A stretch of DNA of 63,918 nucleotides, filler included, from Sphacelaria rigidula (lineage: Eukaryota), in NCBI GenBank assembly GCA_964200075.2. It is 9 parts of 9 records of this genome, joined end to end, with 100 filler letters (N's around TTAATTAATTAA, not from the genome) between each part and the next. Parts side by side here need not be neighbours in the genome. Positions count along the whole stretch, not along the records: positions 35,568 to 42,580 come from CAXNAA020016953.1; positions 42,681 to 49,693 come from CAXNAA020016954.1; 7 more parts are not named here. The stretch is one strand, 5' to 3'. Below, piece after piece: positions 35,651 through 47,800 of this stretch. Below the pieces are notes generated by a model, which saw only the letters and a program-made list of their open reading frames with translations, was not told the DNA's origin and made no database searches. The translations under genes and the position numbers were made by a program. Positions within the stretch are counted from its first letter, which is position 1. Every line of letters starts with the position of its first letter.

Positions 35651-36810
35651 GTGAAAATTGACGTCACATGACATGACACGCCTAACTGCATCAATCGGCA
35701 GGAGAAGGGAAGGGGGGCGGGGGGGGGGGATGCGTAGGAGTGAGGGTATCAGAACTCCTCGCTATTGAGCCAGTTAGGGAGTGATTTTTCTCTCTTTGTC
35801 ACAGTTTGACGAGCTTCATGCATCGAGCGATACCTGGTGCCTGTACCACTGCTGCGACAAACGCAATCCTGATAGCTTCGGGCACCACCGGCGCACAGTA
35901 AAACATGTTTTTGGTGCTGGACTGTGCTATATCAACATCGTTTCAACTGTTCTGTACCTGTGCCGTCATGCCGTGCTGTATTTCGGTACGGTGGGTATTT
36001 TACGTGGTTCCAACGAGGACTACGCACGGCCGCGTGTTTTACCGCTCTCCACCACTACATACGGTATGCGTCGCCCCAGCCAGTGCTCAACCGCCGTGTG
36101 CAGTTTGTTGGGAAAGCAATGTTGAATAGCATCTTGCCTTGTGCGCTCGATTGATGTACTGGTCCGCAGGAGTGGGTAAAATTCAGCCTCGATATGAGAT
36201 CGTTCACGTCCGTCAATTGATACGTAATAATCTGCACCAAAAACACAGTCCTAGTCTTGTGTGATCATTCAACTACCCCGCTTGCTTCTAGGCAGTTAGT
36301 TCCCCTGTTCTTCGACTTTTCCTTGTCCGGGTACAATTATGTACACCCCCACTACACCCTACCCCTTCGTTTACCCACCGGACTGTCGGCAGCCTTACTG
36401 TTCCGAAACGAACCTCGCAGTCGAAGAGTGCATTAATCCTGACGGAGATGATACGTTTCAAAACCATGTGCGCAGCCGGTTCTACGCAGTGGCGTTACCA
36501 CACAAAAAACAAGCGTTTATCCCGAGGACCGCTGTCGACCTAGACAGTTGAGTCCTCACAACTGTACTTCTTCAGTGCACGCACTTGGGCGGTCGTATTT
36601 ACCGGGAAACCATGTTTATTTTATTTCATGGTTTTCACAGCCTTTTCATTTTTAAGCCACTGCCGACCAATCTTTGAGCGATTTTGATGTTAACAAAGCT
36701 AGCTCTTCACCGTCGAAGCGTTCCAACAACCTTCCGGGTGTTCTTCACACGAAGGCAGTAACTCGAGATTGAACAAGATATTTTTTCCCTCTACTCCCTT
36801 GCCCATCCAG

Positions 36811-38161
36811 GAAACACCCAGCGTTGAGCCCGGATCGACGTGGGGGAGCTTCCGCGGTCCAGTTCCGGCAAGCTACAGGCCCCGACAAAACGGGATTTGG
36901 TTTCAAGGCGGGCAGAGGCGGCGGGCCCCCTCCATCTACCCACGCATCGACCCTAACGTCCCCCCGCCGCCCTGGCTCGCGGGGCATACCAGGAGATCAC
37001 ACCCAGGCTTCCCCGCGGCGGAGGTGGGGCGGCGACCCTGAATCCCCTGCACCCGGCACGGCTGCGGGAAGTGCGGCGGGGAGCATCCTGCCGAATGGAG
37101 GGGGCTACGGCGGGAGCAAAGACGATGCGAGTGCTGCTGGTGACCTCACTGCGTCAGCGGCCCGGATTATCGCGAAGCAGGCGCATGCTCTTGAGCAGGC
37201 AAAAGCGCGGGCGGACGAAGCCAGGGGAAAGGCGGCCGTTGCGGCTACAAAGAAGACAGGAGCGAAGGAAGCCCAGCCCATCGTAGCGATTTCGGTGGAG
37301 GAGCTCGAGGAGGCCGCGGGTGCCGACAAAGGGCTGCCATTGAAATTTGCGACACCGCTGGCGGCTCCGGCGGTAACATCTACCACAAACCCAACAGACG
37401 CGGCACCGATGAGTAAAGGGGAACAGCTGATGAGCATGATCGGCGCGAAGCGCCCATCTACCCCCGCCGCTGCTCCGGCCGCTGCAGCCGCTGCGGTCGC
37501 GGCCGCCCCATCTTCGTCAGCTTCGGCGGGGGCCAAAACACCGCGGCTAGCTTCCGCCGCCTCCGGGGGTGCATCCCCGCCGCGCCCCCCTCCCCCTCCC
37601 CCACCGCCAGCCCCGGTCCATATGCAGAACGTACGAGCGGAAGTTGCGGCGGCAGCGGAGAATACGAGGGGGGCTCCAGTGTCAGCGATCCCCGGGGTAG
37701 TGGTGCCGAACATAGGGTTAGCACCACCGCCGGGACAGAATCTTGTTATCCCCGTTGGAGTACCCGGGTATCCTATGGGGGGGGCGGGGGCGGGGGGTCC
37801 TCAATTACATCCGGGGATGCCCACGGTGGGATTGACAGGTGCAGGAGTGCCCCCGGCCGATGCGCAGCAGAGGGCCGTGTGGCAACAGATGCGTATGCTT
37901 GAGTTGTTCCAGCAGCAGCAGCAGCAACAACAGCAGCAGCAGCGGGCTGCTCTGTACCAACAGCAACAGATGCAGTTGCAGCAACAAATGCAGCTGCAGC
38001 AGCAGCAACAACAAATGCAGCAGGGTGGATATGGCGGTGCGCATGGTCCCGGAGGGATGTTTCCTGTAGCCGTGCCGGCGGTGACGCACGTGGTCCCAAC
38101 TCCCGTTTACCACCTTCCTTACGGGTATCAGACAGGGGGAATGCAGCCGCAGCAAGCTCAG
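36811..38161 (+). CDS. Large internal exon of an unknown Pro/Ala/Gly-rich protein with polyQ tracts
   Basis: Pyrimidine tract and CCAG acceptor at 36810, 450 open codons with coding-like composition, CAG|GTCTGT donor in phase 0. Confidence 0.8.
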
Positions 38162-38427
38162 GTCTGTATGGAAACCAACAATACACACACGACTGCATGG
38201 CGCATGAAGTGGCCGCAGCCATGACCTGAAGAAACTATGATTGGACATAAAACGTCACTGCCCGAAACAAGTGGGGGGGGGGGGGGGGGGATGCCCTTGT
38301 GAATTCTGAATCAGCTGGACCATGGTTTGGAGCGAGTTTGTTGGGTGGTTTTGATTNNNNNNNNNNAAAAAATATTGAAAAAAACAACGGCCGCGGGGGA
38401 GGGGGGGGGGGGGGGGGGGGGGGGGGT

Positions 38428-38730
38428 GATGCCCTTGGCAATCCTGCATCAGCTTGACCATGTGTTGGAACGAATTCGTTGGCGTGTTTCGATTGCGCAG
38501 CACTGTTTAATGAAACATGACGATGTTCGCCTGATAAACTCTGTCGATATTTTCCTCTCGTCTTTGTGCACCTGGTCCACGATTGCGTTGGCCCACGGCG
38601 CTGTGGGCCGATCAAGGCGGCGAGTAGCCAGCTTTCTCAGGAGTGCCCCCAAAAAACTCGATATCGGCAAAAGAGGGGTGTGGAGGGATGCTCCGCATGT
38701 TACTGTTTTGCTGTCCATCATATCACAGCT
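38428..38730 (-). mobile_element. Possible LINE-like 3' fragment ending in a C tract, within the intron
   Basis: Minus-strand ORF remnant (...WANAIVDQVHKDERKISTEFIRR...) ends shortly before gcatcacccccc. The terminus differs from L-a/L-b and the family is not recognised. Confidence 0.3.
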
Positions 38731-38736
38731 AAATGG

Positions 38737-39105
38737 ACCGGTCGCTCCGATGGTTCAGTTTGTAAACCTCGGAACCTTGTGACGGTTGGAACATGGGTTC
38801 GAATCTGTGTGAAGTCACACGATCTGAGATTTTTTTCTATTATATCATGCCCACAAGTGGAGAGCGACCGTGTCGTGGGTACACAAGTCTACTTCACGGT
38901 CGACGAGGGAAAGGGACCGCTGAGCCCTTCCCGCGATATGAAGAATAACACCACAGAAGGAAGGTCGAACGCTAAAACGAAGAAGAAAAAAAAAACTCCT
39001 GTGTTGGTGTTCCTCCTATGTGACCCCGGCTGATGCGCCCACATGATACACCGAAAGTTTTAGACTGGCGTGCAGAATAGATGGGGTGATACGCACAACA
39101 CACAC
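38737..39105 (+). mobile_element. SINE family S1, intronic
   Basis: A/B boxes (tggttcagtttg, gggttcgaatc), S1 body and acacacac tail. Confidence 0.87.
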
Positions 39106-39680
39106 GGAGTTATTATCTAGACAAAAATGAATATCCTTGACTGCTGCGTGGGCTGTGAGAAATGCGTGTTTGCCCTGGACACAACTGTCAGATGCCCGAA
39201 AGTCATCCACAAGAAAATATAATGCCCGGACACCGGGTGGAATGTGAGGGATTCGTAGTTGGCTTGGAAATAGCTACGAAAACATCCGCGTTTCGCCTGG
39301 AAATTACTTTACTTGGAGATATCCGTCTTTGACCGCAAATAATATCCACGGGACGTGGGGACGGGGGCGGGCAGGTATGGCTTTTGGAAGAATAATTACA
39401 AACCACGTTATTTTATTCTGGCTATTTGTGGACAACTAAGCATTTATACACTAGACCGAAGGAATGCACCACGAACGGGTTAGTGGACTTCCGCTTTCAA
39501 ACCTTTCAGTCGTAGAAGTTACCGTACGCTGATCGCTGGCATCATACCCAGCCCACGTCTGACGGAGATTGTAAAGACTTTGGTCGTACATACTTCGTTT
39601 TGTAGATGGGAATGTACACACATTTGGGCTTGGTATATGTTCAACTTTTTCTTGCTCTTGCGCGCTTACTCTCTGCGCAG

Positions 39681-39992
39681 GAGCATATGCCTGTACCAGG
39701 ACGACATCCCCAAGCACACTCTGCAGCCCTCATGGGCGCGTCGCCCGCAAACCAGGCCAGCCAGCCAACATCGACCACCATCCCGCGCAAGGCACGCAAA
39801 AATTCATCCGGGGATCAGAGAAAACAAAGGGACAGCGGGAGCGGCAGTGTAGCCGGGGGACTCATGATCCCATCCAGCGCCCTGCTCGCCTCCAAGCCGA
39901 GAAGGCCTTCCAAGCCAGCTGCCTCCCAAGAAGATAGCGATGCTGATGCCATACAGCCATCAGACGGCGACGGCAGTAATAGCACTACCTAA
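39681..39992 (+). CDS. Probable terminal exon of the polyQ gene (EHMPVPGRHPQ...DGSNSTT*)
   Basis: ttactctctgcgcag acceptor; phase 0 matches the 38161 donor; low-complexity Ser/Pro/Ala coding; TAA stop. Confidence 0.62.
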   Translation, partial: EHMPVPGRHPQAHSAALMGASPANQASQPTSTTIPRKARKNSSGDQRKQRDSGSGSVAGGLMIPSSALLASKPRRPSKPAASQEDSDADAIQPSDGDGSNSTT

Positions 39993-41554
39993 GCAGCGAT
40001 ACGGGTTAGTGCTGGAAACGACGGTGTTGGGTGACCGGTAAAGCAACCTCTAACTAGTTACGTCAGAGTGATTGTCGGGTACATGGTAAATATTCGAGGG
40101 TACCCAGGGTATTGACTGCCAAAAGTACTCGACTATTTCAGGCTAACGGTATCCACTGAATAACCGGTGCGTATTCTGGAGTACCTGCCGGGAAATGGCC
40201 GTATCCGTACCCATACCCTACTCAACCCTCGCCACCGTTAATCAGTTGTATTGTAGTGGGGACGTGAGGCTTGGGATTTGTGGTGGAGCAAACACTCGCA
40301 TTAATTACGGAGTGTGTAGACAGGTAGTATAAGTGATGCGCATAGTTACCCTGCCCAATGAGCGCTCCTGAACCTGAAGATGACCCGAGTAGTGGTTGAT
40401 CAGACACTCTTGGTGGATGATGGGTGTAGGCAGTCCATGGTCACCTCGCTTGTTTGTTGTTCCATGCTTTTTTTTTTCACTGAGAAGTTTGTTCTCTCCT
40501 CCAAAATAGTTGATCGATTCAACAATCAGCGGGAACACTTTTTTCTTTCTCTGGACACCCAAGGGGGAGTGGGGCGAGGGTACCGATGCGAGGGATGACC
40601 TACAGGCTTTGATTGGGTTGCCTCATTCGAGCAGTGACGGTGCGGGGGACGGGCGGGAAGCGTTGTACGGAAGGGAATCGTATCGTCTAGTTGCCATCTT
40701 ACCTTGCGACATTGCAATACTTTCACGGGGCTTGTTGCTCGAACGTGCGTGAAAGATCTCGAGACAGTGAAACACAAAAGCTTTGGGAGAGAGTGGAGTA
40801 GTTCCAGGGATGCAGACACCTGCTGTTATTCCAGCGAGACCTTACGTATATGGACGATCGCGCGTGCCCGTGGAGTGGTTTTACTTCTTTTTTTTTCCCT
40901 GTAATTGTGCGGTAGCCCTCTATACTTCCCTTTTTTTTGTCGTTGTTCTGATGTTCAGGCCCGCCGGTCCTCTCTGAAACATCGCTGTCGCCTACGGCGA
41001 GAAGAAGAATGCTGAGCGCTTTGAGTTGGAGAATGCGACGAGTATTCGACATGGCGCACCTTTGCGGTGGTTTGTCAAGATGCGCTTCGCATTAGGACCA
41101 GGATAAAACCCCTGGTGTGGCATTTCGAATCGATTTTCTCTTAATCCTGAGAGTACAGACATGTAGAATATAATTCGAAATGCAGCCGACCAACATGATC
41201 ATGAGGTTCAAAAGGCAGGTGCAGGTACGATCCTAATATGTATGCAGTCTCGTGTTGTGATTGACGTTCATGGAGGGTGTATCATGTACGTGTGTTGTGT
41301 GTCGTGGGCAACCCGGATGAACGCTGGTCATGACGTCAAGATGATGAACCAACTCGCCTCCCTGTAAAAAGCTTTTCGTGAGATTAAGAGTCTAGCTTCT
41401 GATTGAGAGCGACCTTTTCAGCCATTTGTGGAGTCGGCATCATTTTCACTTGAAACGTTACTGTGTGACCGACACTTTCTGCGATAGCTCCCCCCCAAAG
41501 TGGCTGGTTTGCTCCCCCCCCCCCCAAAAGGCCGGACACGACGAGCAGCTGGGA

Positions 41555-42253
41555 TTTCCGACGTTAAGACGGTTCTCGGACATCTCTGCGTTTTCCGGTG
41601 GCCGCAGTCTTGGTTTTGGCCAAGCTTAATTTTTAGTCCAAGAACGGTCAAATCTAGAAAAAACTGTTTTTTTTCTCTGGACTTGACCGTCTCTGGATGA
41701 AAATAAATGCTTATTTAGCCAAAATAGAAACTGCATCACAAGCGGCCATTTGGCTACCCCCAAAATTCCTCCACAGCGGTCAGTCTTTCGAGCCTCCAGA
41801 GGAATTAAACGCCTCCGGAGTGGTGCGCGGCCCTCCAGAGGAATATTTTTGGTTTCCTTCGAAGGGATTCAACGCCCCTGGAGGCTCGTTTTGCCTCTGG
41901 AGGGCCGCGTTTCCCTCCGGAGAAATTTTGGGGTAGCAAAATGCCTCCGGAAGGGTGAGCGGTCTTCCCGAAGGGTAATTTTTGGTTTCCTCCAGAGGGA
42001 TTTAAGGCCTCCAGAGCCAAAGCAAGCCTCTGGAGACCCTAAATCCCTCTGGAGGCAGTTTTGGGGGATAGCCAAATGGCCGCGTGTGTGCGGCCGCCGG
42101 AAAACGGAAGACGACCTGGAACCGCCTAAACGAGTACAGCACGTCGTTCCAAAGTGTCGAACTCCGCCTAGCTCTCTTTCCGGGCGTAAAACAACGAAGG
42201 ACCAAAAAAAGCGTTTTTTCAGTTGTTTTTTTTGCTTGCCATAAGAAGCGGCT
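41555..42253. mobile_element. Foldback MITE family C hosting element E
   Basis: gttttccggtggccgcag...gtccaagaacggtcaaatc...ctggacttgaccgt and aactccgcctagctctctttc arms. Left end degenerate. Confidence 0.8.
41737..42088. mobile_element. MITE E (CAC...GTG ends, internal CTCCAGAGG/CCTCTGGAG repeats)
   Basis: cacaagcggccatttggctacccccaaaa / ttttgggggatagccaaatggccgcgtgtg. The host family C sequence aaactgc|ggcc resumes after it. Confidence 0.78.
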
Positions 42254-42389
42254 CTCCACAAGAAAAAAAAAGTGAAGGCCCCTTCCGTTTTTCTTCAGCA
42301 CGCCTTTGAGGTCCAAGAACAATGTTCATTTTCCCTCAAACTCCCCTGAAAAAACGACAAAAAATGAAAGAACGGAAGAGAGAAAAAAA

Positions 42390-42414
42390 GTGCACCCCTA
42401 CCGTAGCATTGCTC
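42390..42414. mobile_element. Solo TIR of family B (Sola2-like)
   Basis: gtgcacccctaccgtagcattgctc; no partner TIR found in this contig. Confidence 0.75.
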
Positions 42415-42505
42415 GAGAGTAGGTCATCTGTTGAATCGCCATCGATTTCTCTTGAAAAAAGTATGCATGATCCAGATAGACTACCCTCGCGGTCAAAGGG
42501 TTAAT

Positions 42506-42580
42506 CACAGTGTTTTCGTGAGATTGAGAGTAGATGATACGATTGAGAGTGAACAGCGGTCAATCAGTGAATTAATCATT
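42506..42580. mobile_element. End of a family D MITE cut by contig end
   Basis: cagtgttttcgtgagattgagagtag...attgagagtgaacagcggtcaat. Another partial end at ~41366-41420. Confidence 0.7.
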
Positions 42581-42730
42581 NNNNNNNNNNNNNNNNNNNN
42601 NNNNNNNNNNNNNNNNNNNNNNNNTTAATTAATTAANNNNNNNNNNNNNNNNNNNNNNNNNNNNNNNNNNNNNNNNNNNNGTGGGGAAAACACTCTTTTA
42701 GGCTTGAACCTCATCTCGGAGTTAAACCTC

Positions 42731-44060
42731 AATTCGCACAATTTGTTGTTGAATGTCCTTTTCCTCCGCACACCTCACGGATACGTTCTGGGCACTCAGA
42801 CTTTAAATGGCCAGTTTTTCCACACTCGTAACAGGTGAGGTTTCTGATATTTACGGCTTTCTTCTTATCCGAGGAACTACCGTCACCCCCTGTTTTTACA
42901 TCCGACTGTGTATTTCCATCACTTGATCCCGCCGCGGATTGCTGCGACTTCCCGCCTCCTTTTCTCTTACTCCTGTAGCCGGAACCCTTATTGCCTGCAT
43001 GTAAGGCACGGTTGTGATCACTACCACGCGAAGTACCGGTTTTCTTCAGAGACAGAAATGTATCCTCTACAACGGCTCGGGTCTTGTCAGTCAACAGTGA
43101 TGGTTCGAAACGCAACTGATCTCGAATTGTGGTGTACTCAGCAAGGAGGGAATTTACGAATTTATCCACTATCATCTCACGGGGAATCTCCAACCCGTTA
43201 CAGAACGCGAGTGCACTGACTGTAGTTGGACCCAAAACTCGTCTGTATCTTGCCCTTTTGTGTACTTCAGATTGTTGAACTCGTCTAAGACATCCATCTT
43301 AGCTCCCGAGGTTTTGGGAGAGAACTGTTCGTCCAATGCACGCCATGCTATGGACGGTGATCACGAATCCACAAGGATTTGTCTCGCGACGGGATCCTTG
43401 ACAGTGTTGATAACCAAAATATACGCAAAGCGAGCTTGCTTGATGTCGTCCTGACTGACACCCAACCCTAATAGCTGCGGTTCATTTAGAGGATCAACAC
43501 AAAGCGGTGGGTCGCGAAACAATCCATCTCCGAAACCCCACATGAACACATATCGCTCTACATCACGCTTCAAAGTCGTCCATCTATGACTTTTGTTACT
43601 TGTAAACTTGGCGATATCTTTTGCTTCCAAGGTCTTAGAATCCACATTCATTAACAGCGACGCTGGTTGTGTACTTCCTCGGTTTTGTAAACTGCTATCG
43701 ACATCTAGCATACCTCCTGTACTGGGAAAACCAAGACCAGACATCATTCCCAACGATGTGCCAGGAGCATGGGTACCTGCTGTGCCCCTGCACGGTGCTC
43801 CCGCCTCCGCCCCAAGTCGACCCAATCCCAGACCGGCCGACCCGGTGAGTATTGTGTCAGCCCCAAACTCTCTCGGGGCTGCTGCTTCCTGGGCTTCTAG
43901 CTGAGGCGCTCCTGTGCCCCCAGCTGTAGAAACCCCCCGAGCTCAAGACGCTTTTCATTCTTGAAAGCTGTGGTAGTCCTCTGGTGTTACCACCAACGCC
44001 TGAGGTGGAGCCTCCAGCTCCTCCACCACACTCCACTCTTCTCCTGTACCACTCACTCAT
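42731..44060 (-). pseudogene. Ty1/copia gag (second tandem copy, truncated after the zinc knuckles)
   Basis: Highly similar to 48430-49693; CYECGKTGHLKSEC knuckle; stop and frameshifts. Confidence 0.9.
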
Positions 44061-44200
44061 GATACAGCCTTATCTAACGTGATTACTCTACTCTTTGTTT
44101 CAAGGAACACGCTAGCGTGTTTGGTAGAGTCTAGAGCTATATGGCTCGAGCACCCAATGCTCAACCAAAAACGTAGAAGGCAATCTCGCACAGCGCCCGC

Positions 44201-44492
44201 TGTCGAGGATGAAGTAACAGAAGAAGCAGAAGTGTATACTTGTCTTTTATTGTCTAATTCAAGTCAGACCGCCCACGGGTAGGAAGGCACACGCACACAA
44301 ACAACACTGAACGCGGTGGAGGGGAGAGATGCGCCTCCGTATCTCCGTCGAGAATCCTTCTCGACCTACGACAAATATCTCCTGTTTTATCCCGCAGAAA
44401 CATACCGCATACCACGACATGACTCCCCGTCGTTTCCGGATCATTCGAGAACAAAAGTAAGAACAACCAACACTTTGCAGAACATCCCGACA
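44201..44492 (-). repeat. Candidate LTR between the two copia copies
   Basis: Inverted ends TGTCGAGGATG / CATCCCGACA and AATAAA near the minus-strand 3' end. Lies between the RNase H stop and the next gag. The true LTR may extend towards ~44770. Confidence 0.45.
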
Positions 44493-44872
44493 GTCTCGTG
44501 ATAGTATCCTGGGTCTTACATTTACCATGAGCGAAATCACACGATTAACACTCTGAACACGGGAGCTTGTCACTGGGAAATCAAACGCATGTCGAAAATA
44601 CGAATCAATACACAAGAAACAATTCAGATCACTTCGACCGAAAACCGTTTCCTGTTCCCGAAGAAACACAAATCACACCCAAGCCATGACCGAAATATAG
44701 TTTGGCCTTGGCTATGACACGAGTCTCGTGAGAATGCGCTTTGCTCCTAATGAGACACACTCAGCTACAACCTCGCGGCCGCACCTCACTCCAAACGTTC
44801 ATAGCTTGACGTAGAAAATACAAGGTCCAAGACTATAAACCGGTCTCACTTCAACTTTCAAGATTGTCAAAG

Positions 44873-47800
44873 TCACTTGATGTTCATCAGAACATTCCTG
44901 TGGTACCTGAAGCTACCAATAGGCAAGGGTTTCGTCAAAACGTCTGCGTGCTGCTTAAGAGACTTGACATACTCCACTCGAATTATTTGTTCAGAGACCA
45001 ATTACCTCAGAAAGTGATGACGCACATCAATGTGCTTGCTGTTGTGGGAGCTTCGCGGATTTTTCGAGAGTTGAATCGCCCCCTGGTTATCCTCATACAC
45101 CGTCAGTGGCATACAACATTCCTTCATTTGCGACTGCACAAATTCCAGCACCGCTTTCACGAACAGAGCATCCTTCACTACGTCACCCATCGCTACGTAT
45201 TGAGCCTGAGTAGAAGAGAGAGTTACATTCCTTTGAGTGCGAGAGAGAAACCCTACAACAGCCGCGCAGAAAAATATCGCCCCTCCCGACACTGAACGAC
45301 GATCCTCGGATTTCGCATAGTCTGCATCCGCATACGCCACCAACTCGTCACTTGAACCCCTAGCATACGTGATTCCCAGGTCTACCGTTGTCTTGAGGTA
45401 CTCGAAAATCCGCAACACTTTGCGCCAGCCTTCAGGCGTCGGGTTTTCGTTGTGGCGGGATGCAGCTCTTACGGCGTCAGCGATGTTCGGGCGGGTGATG
45501 ATGGAGAGCCACATCAAAGATCCCACCGCCTCACTGTACCTCCCCTCGGAATCTTCTCCCACATCCACCTTGAAGTCAGAAGAAACAAACGCAGGGGTTG
45601 CAGCGGTCCTTTTCATCGAAAACCTTTCAAGAATTCGCTGAGTATACGCAGTCTGAGACAATTTGAGGGTCCCTTTCTCGAGATCGTGATTGTACTCGCA
45701 TCCTGCGTACCAGACCAGCTCACCAAGGCTCTTCGTTGGAAACTGTGCGTTGAGATCCTCTACCAACTTGTTGCACACAGACTCAGTACCTCCAACGAAC
45801 ATGCCATCGACGTGAACCACAATCAGAACTTTGACCTCCTCGCCGTCCATCAGCCTGAACACACACGGGTCTATCAAACTCTGTTCGAAACCCAGATCTT
45901 TCAGAGTCCTCCCCAGTTTCCCGTACCACTCTCTAGCAGCTTGCTTCAACCCATAAAGCGTTTTGGGCAAATGCACGACAGTGCCAGATCGTTCACTCAA
46001 ACCTAGCGGTAACCTCATGTACACGTCATCCTCTAGTTCCGACTGAACGAAGACTTGCTCAACGTCAAAATGAAAGATTGTCTTTCCCTCTGCGCAAGCT
46101 ACCGCTGCAGCTACTCGGTTAGTCGTAGTGGGTGGGGTTGGTGAAAACGTCGGAATGTCGCCAATTTCTTGCCTATCATCCCTATAAACCAGTCAAGCCT
46201 TAGCCTTCATCACGTGACCATGTTCATCGGTTTTCCACTGAAAAACCCACTTCGAATCGACTGCTTTCTCTCCAAACGGGGGTGAGTCCATTACGGTCCA
46301 CGTGTTATTGCGTTCCAACCCCTCTACTCCCTTCGTCGTCGCGTCCAACCACACACTCTTGTACCTAGATCTCTACACATCCTTCACAGACTTGGGGACT
46401 GACTCAATCACTTCAAGAGTCACGTATGGGATCAACTCCAACCCAGACTCCCCTGAGTGTCTTGGGTCCTCCGTGCTTGCCAGCTGAGCTAGGATCTGTT
46501 CCGTAGCCCACAAATCCCCCGTGGCTGTCCATAACGCATTATGATCACCCTCATGCTCCCGCAGGTCTGGAACTTGCTGTTGAAGTCGCTGCGGCTGACG
46601 CTGCTGCAGCAAGGCACTTGTTTGTTGCCTTGTCCGGCCAAGTGCCGGCTCAACCGAGTCAGGTTGATTCGCGGCATCCCCGCCGCCGCCGACAGACGAT
46701 GTCTCCGAAAGATCATCATCAGAGGATGAAGACAAGGTAGACGGCTGATGGTCGGACTCTCCGCCGTTTTTACCACCTCGCTCCTCCTCAGGTTCCACCA
46801 TCTCATCAAGTTTCTCTGACAAAGCACCACCTGGAACCCTCCCACCGGTGCTGAGATCCGACTCGTCAGAGTCAGAATCAGAGCTCTCGACACCGCCCTC
46901 CCCGCTCTCCACATCCTGTGAGTTTTCCTCTCCCGACATGGGAAACGGAACCGCTTGCTGCGATTTTGGGGAGGGTGAGTGCTGCCAAGTAACATCGCGA
47001 GTAGTGATTACATATCTGCCTTTCGTCTGCATTCTCATGGTATCACGAGGGTTGTTGTAGCCAGGCCCTAAGTAAAAACACTCCTGTGCTTTCGGCATAC
47101 ACTTCGACGTCCTCTTCTACCTACAGTATCCTGGCTTGAAGAAAGGGAGAAGCTTGACTTCAGGCACTTCACCGTAAAACATCTCGTCTGGGGACTTCTT
47201 CCCAGGGTTAGCACTGGTAGCAGAACGCTTCAACGCATCTGCTGCCCAACGATACGGCTCAGCCCACACTCTTACCGGAACATCCACACCATACAGCACC
47301 TTTGCCTGAATCCTAGCTGCCATGGCGGCTTTCTCAACCATCACGATTGCCCGTTCGGCAACACCATTATACTCGGGACTATCTGCTGGGGTGTACTCTT
47401 GCCTTATGCCACGCTCACGACATAGATCACTAAAAGAGCCTAAAAAATCTCCACCACCGTCAGATCTTACGGTCTCTACGACTGAAGGAATGTACTGTGC
47501 TCCTACATCAGCCAGGTATTGCTTAAACGCCCTTGTGGTGTCAGACTTATATTTACCGAAATACATCCAGATTTTCTGGGTGAAATATCCCGGATGAGAA
47601 AATAATACTTCATGCCACCTGCACTCTCGACCAATTTCAGGCCAGACGCATCCATGAACACACGCTCTAAAGGCTTAGCTGCACGCGTGGTGGTGGACGT
47701 AGCGATGGGTTTCCGCAACCCTTTTGCCATTGAACAGCCTTTGCACTCGTGCAACTTGCCCACCAGTGTCACCCCCAGCTGTTTCGCCGTTTCTCGTAAC

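Noticed and set aside
38272-38495. Apparent diverged tandem duplication after poly(G)
   Set aside because: The two versions flank a 10-N gap and follow G homopolymers, consistent with low-quality read tails. The same applies to 34860-35045.
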